A DNA stretch of 63,875 bases, filler included, from Octopus bimaculoides (Eukaryota): assembly GCF_001194135.2 (NCBI RefSeq). It is 6 parts of 6 records of this genome, joined end to end, with 100 filler letters (N's around TTAATTAATTAA, not from the genome) between each part and the next. Parts side by side here need not be neighbours in the genome. Positions count along the whole stretch, not along the records: positions 17,004 to 31,749 come from NC_068991.1; positions 31,850 to 34,060 come from NW_026327786.1; positions 34,161 to 46,815 come from NC_068987.1; 3 more parts are not named here. The stretch is one strand, 5' to 3'. Every line of letters begins with the position of its first letter. Position 1 is the stretch's first letter. A program made the translations under genes and the position numbers. Under the pieces are notes generated by a model. That model was not told where the DNA came from. It was given only the letters and a program-made list of their open reading frames with translations, and did not search any database. Below are positions 26,575 to 39,434 of this stretch, piece by piece.

Positions 26575-28400
26575 AACCTGCGCCTATGTTTATTGATTCT
26601 CTCTGCACAACTTCGTATTCTGAAGTTAGCGTATTTGATGCTATATGAGAATCATTTTCCTTCCAAACAACACCTCAAAAATCTCAGACCCTACATGCTA
26701 AGTTGCTTTGAATATTACATGATTTAAGGCACCAAATTCATTTTCATTTTTTTTTACCTTAATATGCGCTACAGAAATTGTCTTGCATCTAATATACACC
26801 ACGTGTCTTTCATGCCATCATATATGGCACTTATTGCAATCTGTTTCTGATAACTTTTTTCTTTCTTTTTGTAGTGGCTTCGTTGTCATAAAAATATAAA
26901 ATCTTTTGTGCCCAACATTTGAGCTCCATAATTCTCACCCTGTACAGAATATTTTGGGGTTTTTTTTATCTATTTATTTATTAATTCATTTTATTTATTT
27001 TACTTTTAGGCGCAGGCGTGACTAAGTGGTAAGAAGTTTGCTTCTTTGCTACCCAATCACATTGTCCCAGGTTCAGTCCCAACTCGTGGTACCTTGGTCA
27101 AGTGTCTTCTGTTATATGTGTTTTTGTGTTTGCTTTTCTCCCTCACCATCGTTTGACAACTGGTTTTATTTTCTTTATGTCCCCGAAACTTAGCAGTCTC
27201 GAAAAAGAAACCGATAAAATTAAACAAGTGCTGAGGCGAATTCGTTCGACAGAATCTATTCAAGATGGCACCCTAATAAGGCCGCAGTCCAATGACTGAA
27301 ACAAGTAAAAGCTAAAAAAAATCACTTCTGCTTTGCTCAGTTTTTCAAAAGTTGGCCATGTAGGGTTTGTTCTTACCAACGCTGTTTTTTTGTTTTTTTC
27401 TTATATATATATATTACATTTTGTAATCCCATTTTCAATTTAGCTTTTAGCTTCTTTTAATTCTCTTTGTTATTTTTTCTCCATCTTCCCCTCGCAGCTG
27501 TCTGTTATCTTAGTCTCCATTTTATATTTGCGAGCTAATCTCAAGACGGAAATTATTTTTCTTTCTGCTTTTCTTCATGTTTTAATGCTATTTGTATTAT
27601 TTTTCCCTTTATTCATTTGCTAGTTATTTTTTCAAGTCCAACGCCAAATATTTCATAATAGTTTTATACACCTCTCTGTATTCGTGATAAATATAATCTT
27701 TATGTCGGATTTTCCTTAGTGTTATCTAAATATAGTCATTGTTTTCCTTTCTTTCGTGTCTAGTCTTGCTAATTCATCAGGTTCCATTGTGAATCACATT
27801 ACCACGACTTATTACAAGACTACCTAGATTATTGATGCCTATCACATTTTAGTATTTTGTATAAGCTGTTTTAAGTAATCATCTAATATATTTACATTAT
27901 TTCTTCCTAAACATTTTCTTATAGGTGTTGTAATCTGTTTAGTTCGTTAATTCTTAAGTATTTCTGTTTGTATTTTGGATCTTATCTCTCTTTCGTTATC
28001 TAGTATAATATATTTTTTTAAACAAATTTTCCCTCCTTTTAACGTTGCCTTGGCTCATTATTCTAAACGAAATTTCGAATCAAATTCTCTTCTGAATTAG
28101 TACACTTCCATGTAACAGACTTTTTAGCTGGTTGTCGTTTATAGTGTACCATTTGAGGTCATCCATATACAAAAGAGTATGACTACAGTTTGGTTTCCCT
28201 CCAGACTCATTTCCTCAGAGCTTTCTTTAAATACGTATTTTTTAATGAAATATTGTAGATATATGTTTCTAAGAGTGTAAATTACGATTACGTTGATAAC
28301 ATTTCAGAGAAATATTTTGGGTGGACATTTTAGATTTAACTTTGACTTCCTTTATTCGTAATATTCTGTAAATTGATTATTTTTCATGATCATTTGCAGA
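26575..28400 (-). mobile_element. Decayed R4/Dong-type LINE (RT motifs, thumb, zinc-knuckle relic), interrupted by a SINE at about 27008-27312
   Basis: LLYMDDLK (YMDD at 28158-28169), ELARLDTKERKTMT...KSD, and a degenerate TDCNKCHI...C knuckle near 26800-26850; many stops and indels. Confidence 0.75.
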
Positions 28401-29357
28401 GACACATTTTTGAGAATGTTGATTATGATTAAATAAATAAAATTTTTAATAAAAAAAATAATAATTTTTTGACGAAACTCCAGGTCACACCACTAAATTT
28501 CAATGAAATGTGATTATAAAAAACACTTGTCAAGTTTATCTTTTATTCTTTTACTCTTTTTAAAGCGTTTCAGCTTTAAAGCTGCGGTCATGCTAGAGCA
28601 TCTCTACAGATTTCCTACAGAAATTATAGCCATCACTGATTTGTTACGACGTTTCGTATCCAAGTACGCCTAATGTAAACAACGAGATCGAAAATGAAAA
28701 AATGGGTAATGGGTGTACATGCCATATTTTATAAGTTCTTGCTCCTTCTTCAGTACCACATCCAACCCATTAACCATCCACGAACTCATTGCTTAAATAA
28801 CCACTACATATAGCGGTGTAACATTATTGCACGTAGTAATTTTACATATTAAATATACTCCTGGTAGGCCTTCTATCTATATTAGAAAGGATAATACATA
28901 GATGCATACATTTATGCTGTTGATAGTTGTCTTGGGTCTTTTCTTCCCTCTACTCTCAAATTTTGTACTTATGTGTGTTTCGTTTCAATCCACATCAAAA
29001 CGGAAAGATCTTGTGGGCGCGTCATCTTTACTTCAACGCGCTTGTGGTGGCTTTCTTTTCTTTGTTTTTTTTTTATACATATGTTCGGAATGTTTTTTCT
29101 TGTTTCTTTTGCCAATTCGAATATAAGATGTCAGTTATTGTACTGATTTACCATTCCTAGTGCAGAGTAAATTGAACGAGCAATTGTCCATATAGATATT
29201 TACATGTATATGTGTATGTATGTATGTATGTATGTATGTATGTATATACGCATGTATGTATGTATGTATGCATTTATGTAAGTATATGCGTGTGTGTATG
29301 TATGCATGTATTTACACACTCACACACACACACACACATAGATATATATATATATAT

Positions 29358-29452
<95 letters not shown>

Positions 29453-30090
29453 TGCAATATGCATGTGAGTGTTCATGCTGCTTATAACGTGAGTAAAAAC
29501 GTCATACACATTACAACTCTTAATTCATAACTCAAACGAACGATGCAGTGTGGCTCGGATTGGCTGACAGAATTCAACAATACACGTCGAACGAACAAAC
29601 TCCATATGTCTTCTCTCATGAAAGAGAATAATCATTTAACGAAAACAATATGACCGTAACTGCATTATTTCTGTAACGTCAGCGTGTTGACGATCATGTG
29701 TTACAGCAAAGTATAGTTTGTGTGAAATGAGGTATATTAAATAAATGCAAACAAATTGCTGTGCTTTCGTAATCTTTTATTGTTGCCGCTTGCTGGCATT
29801 AACAGTCTATAAAACCATAAAAGCAGCCAACTAACTTTTGTTAAATTTCCTTAAGCTTTCGTTTGGATTTATAAACTCATTTTATCTCTTCACCTTCCAT
29901 TGTCTTTTTGCACACATCAAGCTAACGTTATGTTTGGCTTGCAAGTTCAGCACTAGAAGACAACTCTAAATGGCTGACCGAACCACTTTTAACAAGTTAC
30001 CAAATGGAAAGTAAAATGCCTTAACAGCAGAAGAAACACAGATGTGAATTGACTTTACCCGCAAGCGCCTTTTTCAATTCATTACGCACG

Positions 30091-30127
<37 letters not shown>

Positions 30128-30137
30128 NNNNNNNNNN

Positions 30138-30178
<41 letters not shown>

Positions 30179-30376
30179 TCCACACATAAATATATACCTA
30201 CCTACGTACCTACCTATCAACCTACCTGTCTGTCTGCCTGTCTATAAGCATAGAAACATACATGTGTGGGTATGTGTGTGTGTGTGTATGAGTATGTATA
30301 TATATATATCAGAAAAGAGATGACAAAAGCGCATACAAACATACATGAGTGTGCGTATATATGTATGCATATGTAT

Positions 30377-30429
<53 letters not shown>

Positions 30430-31288
30430 TATATCTACACACACACACACATATACATATATATANNNNNNNNNNNNNNNNNNNNNNNNNNNNNNNNNNN
30501 NNNNNNNNNNNNNNNNNNNNNNNNNNNNNNNNNNNNNNNNNNNNNNNNNNNNNNNNNNNNNNNNNNNNNNNNNATATATATATATATATACATATATGCA
30601 TACGTACGCACATGTATTTATCGTTGCGAGTTCACTTTAGGTAATGCCATAAAAGGCAAATTAATCATAAACTTCAGCTGCCAAACAAACTCTTAACTTG
30701 GTCATGAGTCAGAAATTTCTCGCCACAATGCCAAGATAAAGGATGGCAAACGAAATAAAAACGAAAAGCTTATGGAAGCAGCGTTGTGAGCGATAAAGAG
30801 CGAATATGACGATAAGATGGCCGCCAGTAGGCTAGGGGCAGAAGAAGAAGAATGGGAGAGAGTAGAAGAAATAGAGAGAAAGAGAAAAGAGAGCAGGTGG
30901 GGGATAGACAGACAGATAGACAGAGTAAGATGGGAGAGTGAGACAGAAATGTAGGCAAGGGATAGAAAAGGTAGAGAGAGGTGCGAGAATGTGAAGAAAT
31001 ATGAAAAGGAATAGTGGGAGTAGTTAGAGGAAAGGTGTAGAAAGAATGGAAATGAATGAGTACAGAATTGGTCGAGAGGTAAGTAAAGCACAGGAATGAA
31101 GTCGACAGAGAGAGATAGACTGTAACAGAGAGCGAATGAGAGGAGGGGGTGATATCAACTAATCACTCAATCTCACAGCTGCGCTGGCCGCTTATCTCAT
31201 TATCAGGTTTGTTGTATAAGAGTGGTGGTGATCGAGTGGAAAATTCCATGACGTAAAAACGAACACAAAGAGAAACAGTAATAGCATA

Positions 31289-31344
<56 letters not shown>

Positions 31345-31345
31345 G

Positions 31346-31400
<55 letters not shown>

Positions 31401-31849
31401 GAAGCGACAAAGAGGAAGTTGGAGGAAGCAAAGGAGAGAGAGAGCAGGGATAAAGTAAACGTGTGTGAAAGAGAAGAGTGAAGAGAAGATGATGACGACG
31501 ACGACGTGAGAGATGAGAAGGAAAATGGCGAAAGAGGGAAAGGGGGAGAGAGAGAGGAAAAGAAATATGAAAATAATGGATTAGAGATAAAAGCATAGAA
31601 GACCCATTACAGGAATTATGGAGCATTTGCAAAATAGTTTAAAAGCTTTAGACATTATTAAACTAACATGTACGTACGTACGTATGATTGTATTTAAGTA
31701 TGTATGTATGCACTATGTATGTACATATGTATGCATATATATATATATANNNNNNNNNNNNNNNNNNNNNNNNNNNNNNNNNNNNNNNNNNNNTTAATTA
31801 ATTAANNNNNNNNNNNNNNNNNNNNNNNNNNNNNNNNNNNNNNNNNNNN

Positions 31850-31884
<35 letters not shown>

Positions 31885-32091
31885 ACATATGTATGTATGA
31901 ACGTGTGTATATATATATATATATAGTGTGTGTGTGTATATATCTCTATATCTATATATATATATCTATCTATCTATACATATACATGTATATGTGTATA
32001 TGTATGTTAAGTATTATGAATGTATATATATATATATACATGTATGTGTGTGTCTGTATATACATATATATGTATACATATGTATGTATGA

Positions 32092-32136
<45 letters not shown>

Positions 32137-32948
32137 NNNNNNNNNNNNNNNNNNNNNNNNNNNNNNNNNNNNNNNNNNNNNNNNNNNNNNNNNNNNNNNN
32201 NNNNNNNNNNNNNNNNNNNNNNNNNNNNNNNNNNNNNNNNNNNNNNNNNNNNNNNNNNNNNNNNNNNNNNNNNNNNNNNNNNNNNNNNNNNNNNNNNNNN
32301 NNNNNNNNNNNNNNNNNNNNNNNNNNNNNNNNNNNNNNNNNNNNNNNNNNNNNNNNNNNNNNNNNNNNNNNNNNNNNNNNNNNNNNNNNNNNNNNNNNNN
32401 NNNNNNNNNNNNNNNNNNNNNNNNNNNNNNNNNNNNNNNNNNNNNNNNNNNNNNNNNNNNNNNNNNNNNNNNNNNNNNNNNNNNNNNNNNNNNNNNNNNN
32501 NNNNNNNNNNNNNNNNNNNNNNNNNNNNNNNNNNNNNNNNNNNNNNNNNNNNNNNNNNNNNNNNNNNNNNNNNNNNNNNNNNNNNNNNNNNNNNNNNNNN
32601 NNNNNNNNNNNNNNNNNNNNNNNNNNNNNNNNNNNNNNNNNNNNNNNNNNNNNNNNNNNNNNNNNNNNNNNNNNNNNNNNNNNNNNNNNNNNNNNNNNNN
32701 NNNNNNNNNNNNNNNNNNNNNNNNNNNNNNNNNNNNNNNNNNNNNNNNNNNNNNNNNNNNNNNNNNNNNNNNNNNNNNNNNNNNNNNNNNNNNNNNNNNN
32801 NNNNNNNNNNNNNNNNNNNNNNNNNNNNNNNNNNNNNNNNNNNNNNNNNNNNNNNNNNNNNNNNNNNNNNNNNNNNNNNNNNNNNNNNNNNNNNNNNNNN
32901 NNNNNNNNNNNNNNNNNNNNNNNNNNNNNNNNNNNNNNNNNNNNNNNG

Positions 32949-32991
32949 GGACATAAATACACCAGCATCGGTTGTCAAGCGATGTTGGGGG

Positions 32992-33045
<54 letters not shown>

Positions 33046-33235
33046 TATATATATATATATACATACATATATACGACGAGCTTCTTTCAGTTTCCGTCTA
33101 CCAAATCCACTCACAAGGCTTTGGTCGGCCCGAGGCTATAGAAGAAGACACTTGCCCAAGGTGCCACGATGTGGGAATGAATCCGGATCCATGTGGTCGG
33201 TAAGCAAGCTACTTACCACACAGCCACTCCTGCGA
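32949..33235 (-). mobile_element. SINE family B copy with internal (CA)n/(TA)n
   Basis: ttcagtttccgtctaccaaatccactcacaaggctttggtcggcccgaggctatagaagaagacacttgcccaaggtgcc. Confidence 0.8.
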
Positions 33236-33888
33236 CTATAGCCCCTCCTGCCCCTATCTTACTTGAGCAAGATACTTTATTATTTCACATTGGTTCGGTC
33301 CTTTCAGCTGCAGAATTAAGTCGTACCTGTAACTCACTGGGCCAACCTTGTCACGCACATTCTACGTCACGCTGAATCTTCCTGAGAACTACGTTAAGGG
33401 TACGCGTTTCTATGGCGTACTCAGCCAGTTGAACGTTAATTTCGCGAGCAGGCTATTCCGTTGATCAGATCTATTGGAACACCTATCGTTGTATCCTTTA
33501 ATATATATATATACAACGTTCAAGATATTCCGCAACAGTACTTTGGAGTAAAGATTATTTGCCAGCTTAACATGGCACTCCTGGTTTAGGACGAATGTTG
33601 CTGTAATTTTCGATCCAGGAGACATCGCCTCCAGCTGGCTATACGATACGATCTGCGTCCTTATATTTTCGAACAAGGGAATCTAGCACCCCCACTCAGC
33701 TCTAGACAATATCTGTGTATCTCGTGGGAAATAACACAGAAATCACGATGCAGATATTGTTTTGAGCTGAGTAAGGGTGCTAGATTCTATTTTCTATATT
33801 CTCTCTCGCTGTTTGCATATTTAACTCGCTTGTTTTCGTATTTCATGTTGTTTACACAATTGGTGATGCCCTGTACCCATATATGCAA

Positions 33889-33936
<48 letters not shown>

Positions 33937-34218
33937 TTATATATATCTTAATATATAAATCTGAAGTTGTGTGTTTGTGTGAAGCCTTTTTGAATGTTTA
34001 TAGAAATCCACATTTTCCACTTTTTCGTAAAAGTTTTTACATCAATGGAATTTTCTCGATNNNNNNNNNNNNNNNNNNNNNNNNNNNNNNNNNNNNNNNN
34101 NNNNTTAATTAATTAANNNNNNNNNNNNNNNNNNNNNNNNNNNNNNNNNNNNNNNNNNNNATATATGAATGTATGTATGTAAATATGTATGTATGTATGC
34201 CCGTCCGTCCGTCCGTCC

Positions 34219-34287
<69 letters not shown>

Positions 34288-34508
34288 AAAGCATAGAAAT
34301 TAATGTGTAAATGACGCCGAGAAAAGCCCTACATTTGAACAACAAAAGGAAGCTGGTGGAGTATTTGAAGACAAAGTTGAATATGAGCTCAAGCGTAGCT
34401 TTTGTATGTATAATGTCTAGGATTTATTTTCAATATTGTCAACTAGAAAGAAGAGAGGAGAGAAAACCAAAACAGCAACAACAACAACAACAACAACAAC
34501 AAACTAAC

Positions 34509-34688
34509 CTCCACAGAAAACTTCATCGTATCTTTACCGGCTGTCCGTGGTCCAGATACGGTCACACTTGGTTGTGTACTCCGGACATTAAGATGTGTTT
34601 TTTGTCCATCAGGAGCGTTGGAGAAGAACTGATATTGGAAAGGATAGGCATTGCTATCAGTTTCGCATTCACTCACCGATATTTTGAT
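34509..34688 (-). CDS. REJ-type gene exon E, phase 0-0: IKISVSECETDSNAYPFQYQFFSNAPDGQKTHLNVRSTQPSVTVSGPRTAGKDTMKFSVE
   Basis: Acceptor ttttatttttgctttcgtag, donor gttagt; 180 nt; D...P..Y.F motif typical of the late REJ module. Confidence 0.8.
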
Positions 34689-35232
34689 CTACGAAAGCAA
34701 AAATAAAACAGAAAAATTCTAATGAAATCTCGTTAATTTAAACCATATGCATCTCAAATTTGAATTGTACAAAGAACTTCCTTTTCTGTAAAAGTTAATA
34801 AACAGGCACTTACCAGATCATTGTCATCATGATCATCATCATCAGCTTCAACATCATCATCATCATCAACTTCAACATCATCGCCATCAACAACCCTTGA
34901 ACATCACTATCACAAGTGTTACCAGTTTCCATGGGATTACAAGTGAGCAAGATGCCAGTCCGTTGCAGGGTTACACATTTACAACTGAGTGGTCTGGGGT
35001 AATGTAAAATGAAGGATTTTGCTCGAAGACAACGCACCGTCCAGTGCGGGAATAGAAACCTCAATCTTGTGGTCGTTCTTACAACATCCTAACCATTAGG
35101 CCACGCCCCTTCACTGAGCACTGTGAAGAGTATTTTTTAAAAAGTCTTTTAATGGCATGATTGAAAGGTGGGAAAGCAACCCCTATGNNNNNNNNNNNNN
35201 NNNNNNNNNNNNNNNNNNNNNNNNNNNNNNNN

Positions 35233-35267
<35 letters not shown>

Positions 35268-35645
35268 TTGTGTATATCTGTGTGTGTCTGTGTTTGTTCC
35301 CCTTCACCCTCGCTTGATAACCGGTGTTGGTGTGTTTAAGTCCTCGTGAATTAACAGATCAGCAAAAGAGTCTGCTAGGTTTAAAATAATAATAAATAGT
35401 GGGGTCAGATTATTGACTAAAATTTCTTCAGGGTGGTGCTCCAGTATTGCCACAATCTAATGATTGAAACGAGTAAAAGATAAAAGAAGTTGTCAATGAC
35501 TTGGCTTCAGTGCTGGCGACAAAGTGGTTTCTGCTAAAGGCACCCAAGGCTAAGGCGTTCTTCATAAACCAGACAACGTATAAAGTCTATTTCTTAATTT
35601 AGTTCCAAATCAAAGAATCGCAAATGGGTCATTGACAACTGACAA

Positions 35646-35886
35646 TTCTTATCTCTTTATTGCCCACAAGAGGCTAAACATAGAGGGGACAAACAAGGAC
35701 AGACAAAGGGATTAAGTCGATTACATCGACCCCAGTTAATTTACTTAAATTTACTTAATTTATCGACCCCGAAAGGATGAAAGGCAAAGTCGACCTCGGC
35801 GGAATTTGAACTCAGAACGTAGCGGCAGACGAAATACCGCTAAGCATTTCGCCCGGCGTGCTAACGTTTCTGCCAGCTCGCCGCCT
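35646..35886 (-). mobile_element. SINE family C, near full length
   Basis: Reverse complement of ggcggcgagctggcagaaacgttagcacgccgggcgaaatgcttagcggtatttcgtctgccgctacgttctgagttcaaattccgccgagg; further degenerate copies near 9120-9560, 11450-11900, 15790-16000, 59180-59370 and 61100-61350. Confidence 0.8.
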
Positions 35887-38800
35887 TTCTGTAGATCAGT
35901 TAACTCTTTTATTTTTCAGGGAAGAGCTCAATGGAAACGGTTAATTTCATTTTCTGTAGGTCAATAGAAACATTTGTACGTGACCACTCCAAGCTAGCGG
36001 AACGCTTAAGTTTTACTAATTTTAGTCATTAGACTGCGGCCATGCTGGGGCATCGCCTTGATGAATTTTCAGTCGAATGAATCGACACCAGTATTTATTT
36101 TTTAAAGCCTGGTATCTATTCTATTGATATCTTTTGTTGAACTGCTAAGTTACGGGAACATAAACATACCAACCCGGGTTGTCAAGCAGTAGTAGCGAAC
36201 AAACACATAATCAAACACACACGACGGGTTTCTTTCCGTCCACCAAATGCACTCATATAGCTTTCGTCGGACCGAAGCTATAGTAGAAGACTTTTTCTCA
36301 AGGTGACCTTTGCCCAAGTAGTGAGATTGAACACGGAACCATGTGGTTGGGAAGCAAATTTCTTTGTAGGCCATGCATAGCTATGTAGATTAGGATTGTT
36401 ACTGGTTTGTAACAGTATACGACTCATGTATTATTCAACTGGTGGAGACCGACCATTTTCCGGTCTGTAAGGTCTTTGCTATTTTATGAAAATGTAATAA
36501 TCGGGATGACAAACAACTAAAACTGCAAGGTTTGTTATAAATTCTCTCTGTTATAAACCCTTTCTCCTGCTGATCGTACATCCTCAGTTGGTCCTTATCT
36601 GTAGGAGCAGATAATACGTCTTCCAGCAACTGTTAACCTTTACAAAGCTCCACCGAGACACGCAACGGGTTAGTGTTGACACATTTGGCATGAGGATACT
36701 GGAATTCCAACCACGCTTCAACCATAGATATCTTTGGCAGCATAAAAAAGGAAACCTAACTGATTGGCATGGAATCCCTGGTACCAATTCCTCCTAACTT
36801 CTGGTCAACAGATCTGTCTTCGATCTTTGTCTTTTTCCACTACAGTGAATTCTGCCATCTCCATTTAGAAATTCTTTATTCGTGCCTCCTCCTCCCGCTA
36901 CTCATATTGTGTCCCCAACACAGTCTTTGTTCTAAACGCTTCTTGAAATCCCTTCTCAGATCTTGAACCCTCTGAAATCTCATCGCTTATATCTTAGCAA
37001 CTGTTCAAAAGAAACTAACTGCTCACCTGTTCTTGAAAGGTTTACTAATTCCTGGGAACATCCTTTTTCCTTCAGTCCAAGCCATTAAATAATAAGGGTG
37101 TTAGTGATATATCAGTTTGCTCCAAAGTGAGATGAATAGCAGGTGAGTTGCACTTAGTGATTTTCTTTAAAAATTAATCAACTTTGAACTGGACAGGTTC
37201 AATGTATTGCTTTTGCTTTTTAAAGCAAAACATTTACAACGATGTTAAACATTCATTATTTATAATTCATAGAAGTGAATGTAGGTGACGTCGGTGAACG
37301 CCAGTGGAAATCAATGTAAGGTGCAGGCTTGGTACTGTGGCAGTAAACTCACAATAGGCTGAATATGGAATGCAGTCTCCGTGCCTGGTTGAGTCATTTT
37401 ACTTATTTCTCTTGCATGCACTTAGAGAGGAGTGGTCTCTTCTGGGTTGCTTTCGTCACACAACAAAGCGTAATGTCACTCTTAATGATGAGAAGGGATG
37501 TAGATCATGATAGAAGTTCATATCAAGTGAATACAGCATCACGATTTCAATCTCCCATTGTATCTAATCCTTTTTACTCTTGTTTTCAATTCCACTTGGA
37601 AAAATATGAACGTCACATCTTTCATTTCGCTCAGTGTAAAATACGAGATCTTCAAGCTTCTCTGCGGCCGCCCAACAATTTCATCCCTACTATTTCCTAC
37701 TGTCATAAGTAAGAGAAGAACACAGATAATTTAGGCTTAGAAAAGATGAAATGGTCATGACTGGGATGCCTTTGTATGATTTCGGTGACATTTGACCTAA
37801 AGTACAAGCATAAAGGGTTGTAATGAAATACCACAAGGCTTTTTGATTACGTTGTTGAATATGTTCTATCCTTATATAATGCGGCAGGGTATCATCTGGG
37901 GGATATTTGGTAGCTATTTCTAGCTTAGCAAGTGGAGCGGCTGTGCTTCATTGATTTCCAACATGTTCACTACCAAGAATTCCTCTTATCTAAATTAACT
38001 TTCCCACAGACCCCAGGATTTTGAAAGTCTGTCGACTCAGTAACCTGATTTTGACAATTAACAACAAACTTGTTTTTGGAGTAAATATTGCTTGCCAACA
38101 TAACATGGCAGTCCTGGTTTAGGACGAATGTTGCTGTAATTTAGCTCCAGAAGACATCGTCTCCAGCTGGTTATACGACACGACCTGTGTCCTTATATTT
38201 TCGAACAAGAGAATCTAGCACCCCCACTCAGCTCAAAACAATATCTGTGCATCGCGATTTCCGGGTTATTTCCCTTCATCAGCACAGAATAATTGTTCGG
38301 CTAGAGGTGGCGCTGCCAAATTCCCGTTCGAAATATATAGTTTTTAAAGTGACAACTAGTCACTGATCTATAAATTAGAAAATTATTATTTTTAAATCTC
38401 ACAACGAGAGATATTCAGCAACAGTACTTTGGAGGGGCTAAATTACAGCAACATTCGTCCTAAACCAGGATTGCCATGTTATGTTGGCAAACAATCTTTA
38501 CTCCAAAGTACTGTTGTTGAATATCTCTCGTTGTGATATTTAAAAAATTTTCTAAACTTGTTTTTTCCTAGTTTCATCTCTTAATTGAAACAAATGAATA
38601 ATTATGTTACTGAGTAATTATATTCGATGTTCATAAATTACTTTTAGAAAGGATAACTCATCAGGTTACGTGCAACCAATGCAGTCCATGAGGAAGTGTT
38701 CTGATGTTTTTTATAGTAGAGCTAATTCATGGACACATATTTTGCACTGCAGACGTTTAAAATTTTCAACGCAGCTCATGGACCCCGAGTACTCCTTTTG

Positions 38801-39279
38801 TGGACCTCAGGATTCCTCAGACTCCAAAATGGTAACCGCAAGTGTAAAGGCTCCTTTGTGGGCTGGCTGTGACATTACTCTTAGCGATGGGTTCCTACCT
38901 GGCAGTGGGATGTTCGCTGGTTAACAACTTCTACCTACGCAAGGAAAGGTGTTGTGTTGAGCAGCTTATCAAGATATCAAGTTATTCGCATTACAGAGAA
39001 TGGTCCAATTGCTTACAAAAGAGGAAGACTTCACTGAAGAAATGCCAGAGTCAGATGATAATCTTAAACAGAGAGACATATTAAGCCCACCCCATCCCCA
39101 CCCCAGTAACAATATTATTTAATATGAACACGAGACCATAAATTTTGTGAGAAGGAACAGCTGATTATACGGACCTTAAATGAAAATTGAAAAAATTGGA
39201 CTGGCGAGATTCGAACTTGGAATGTAAAAGGACGGTTTTATAATTTCAGCTGTTCTGAAATTAGATTTGTTCTACTCAC

Positions 39280-39434
39280 CGATTCAAGATATTTGTACTG
39301 CATTGGTACTTGCAGGAGACAAGACGTTACACCGGCCGGCACCTTAAATTCGATTGCACCCATTCCAGGAACGCTAGATGCACTACTACTTGCAATAACG
39401 GATATTTTGTACTTCATGCCAGCCTGCAACACAT
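39280..39434 (-). CDS. REJ-type gene exon D, phase 1-0: (N)VLQAGMKYKISVIASSSASSVPGMGAIEFKVPAGVTSCLLQVPMQYKYLES
   Basis: Acceptor ctattcctcttgtag, donor gtgagt; 155 nt; only one frame open. Confidence 0.82.

Noticed and set aside
30800-31620. Long purine-rich (GA) strand-asymmetric tract
   Set aside because: Degenerate (GA)n/(GATA)n low complexity, common in this genome type.
21035-33141. Long ORFs in the track (e.g. 21035-22117, 31893-33141) rich in YI/CV/HT repeats
   Set aside because: They are translations of microsatellites and N gaps.
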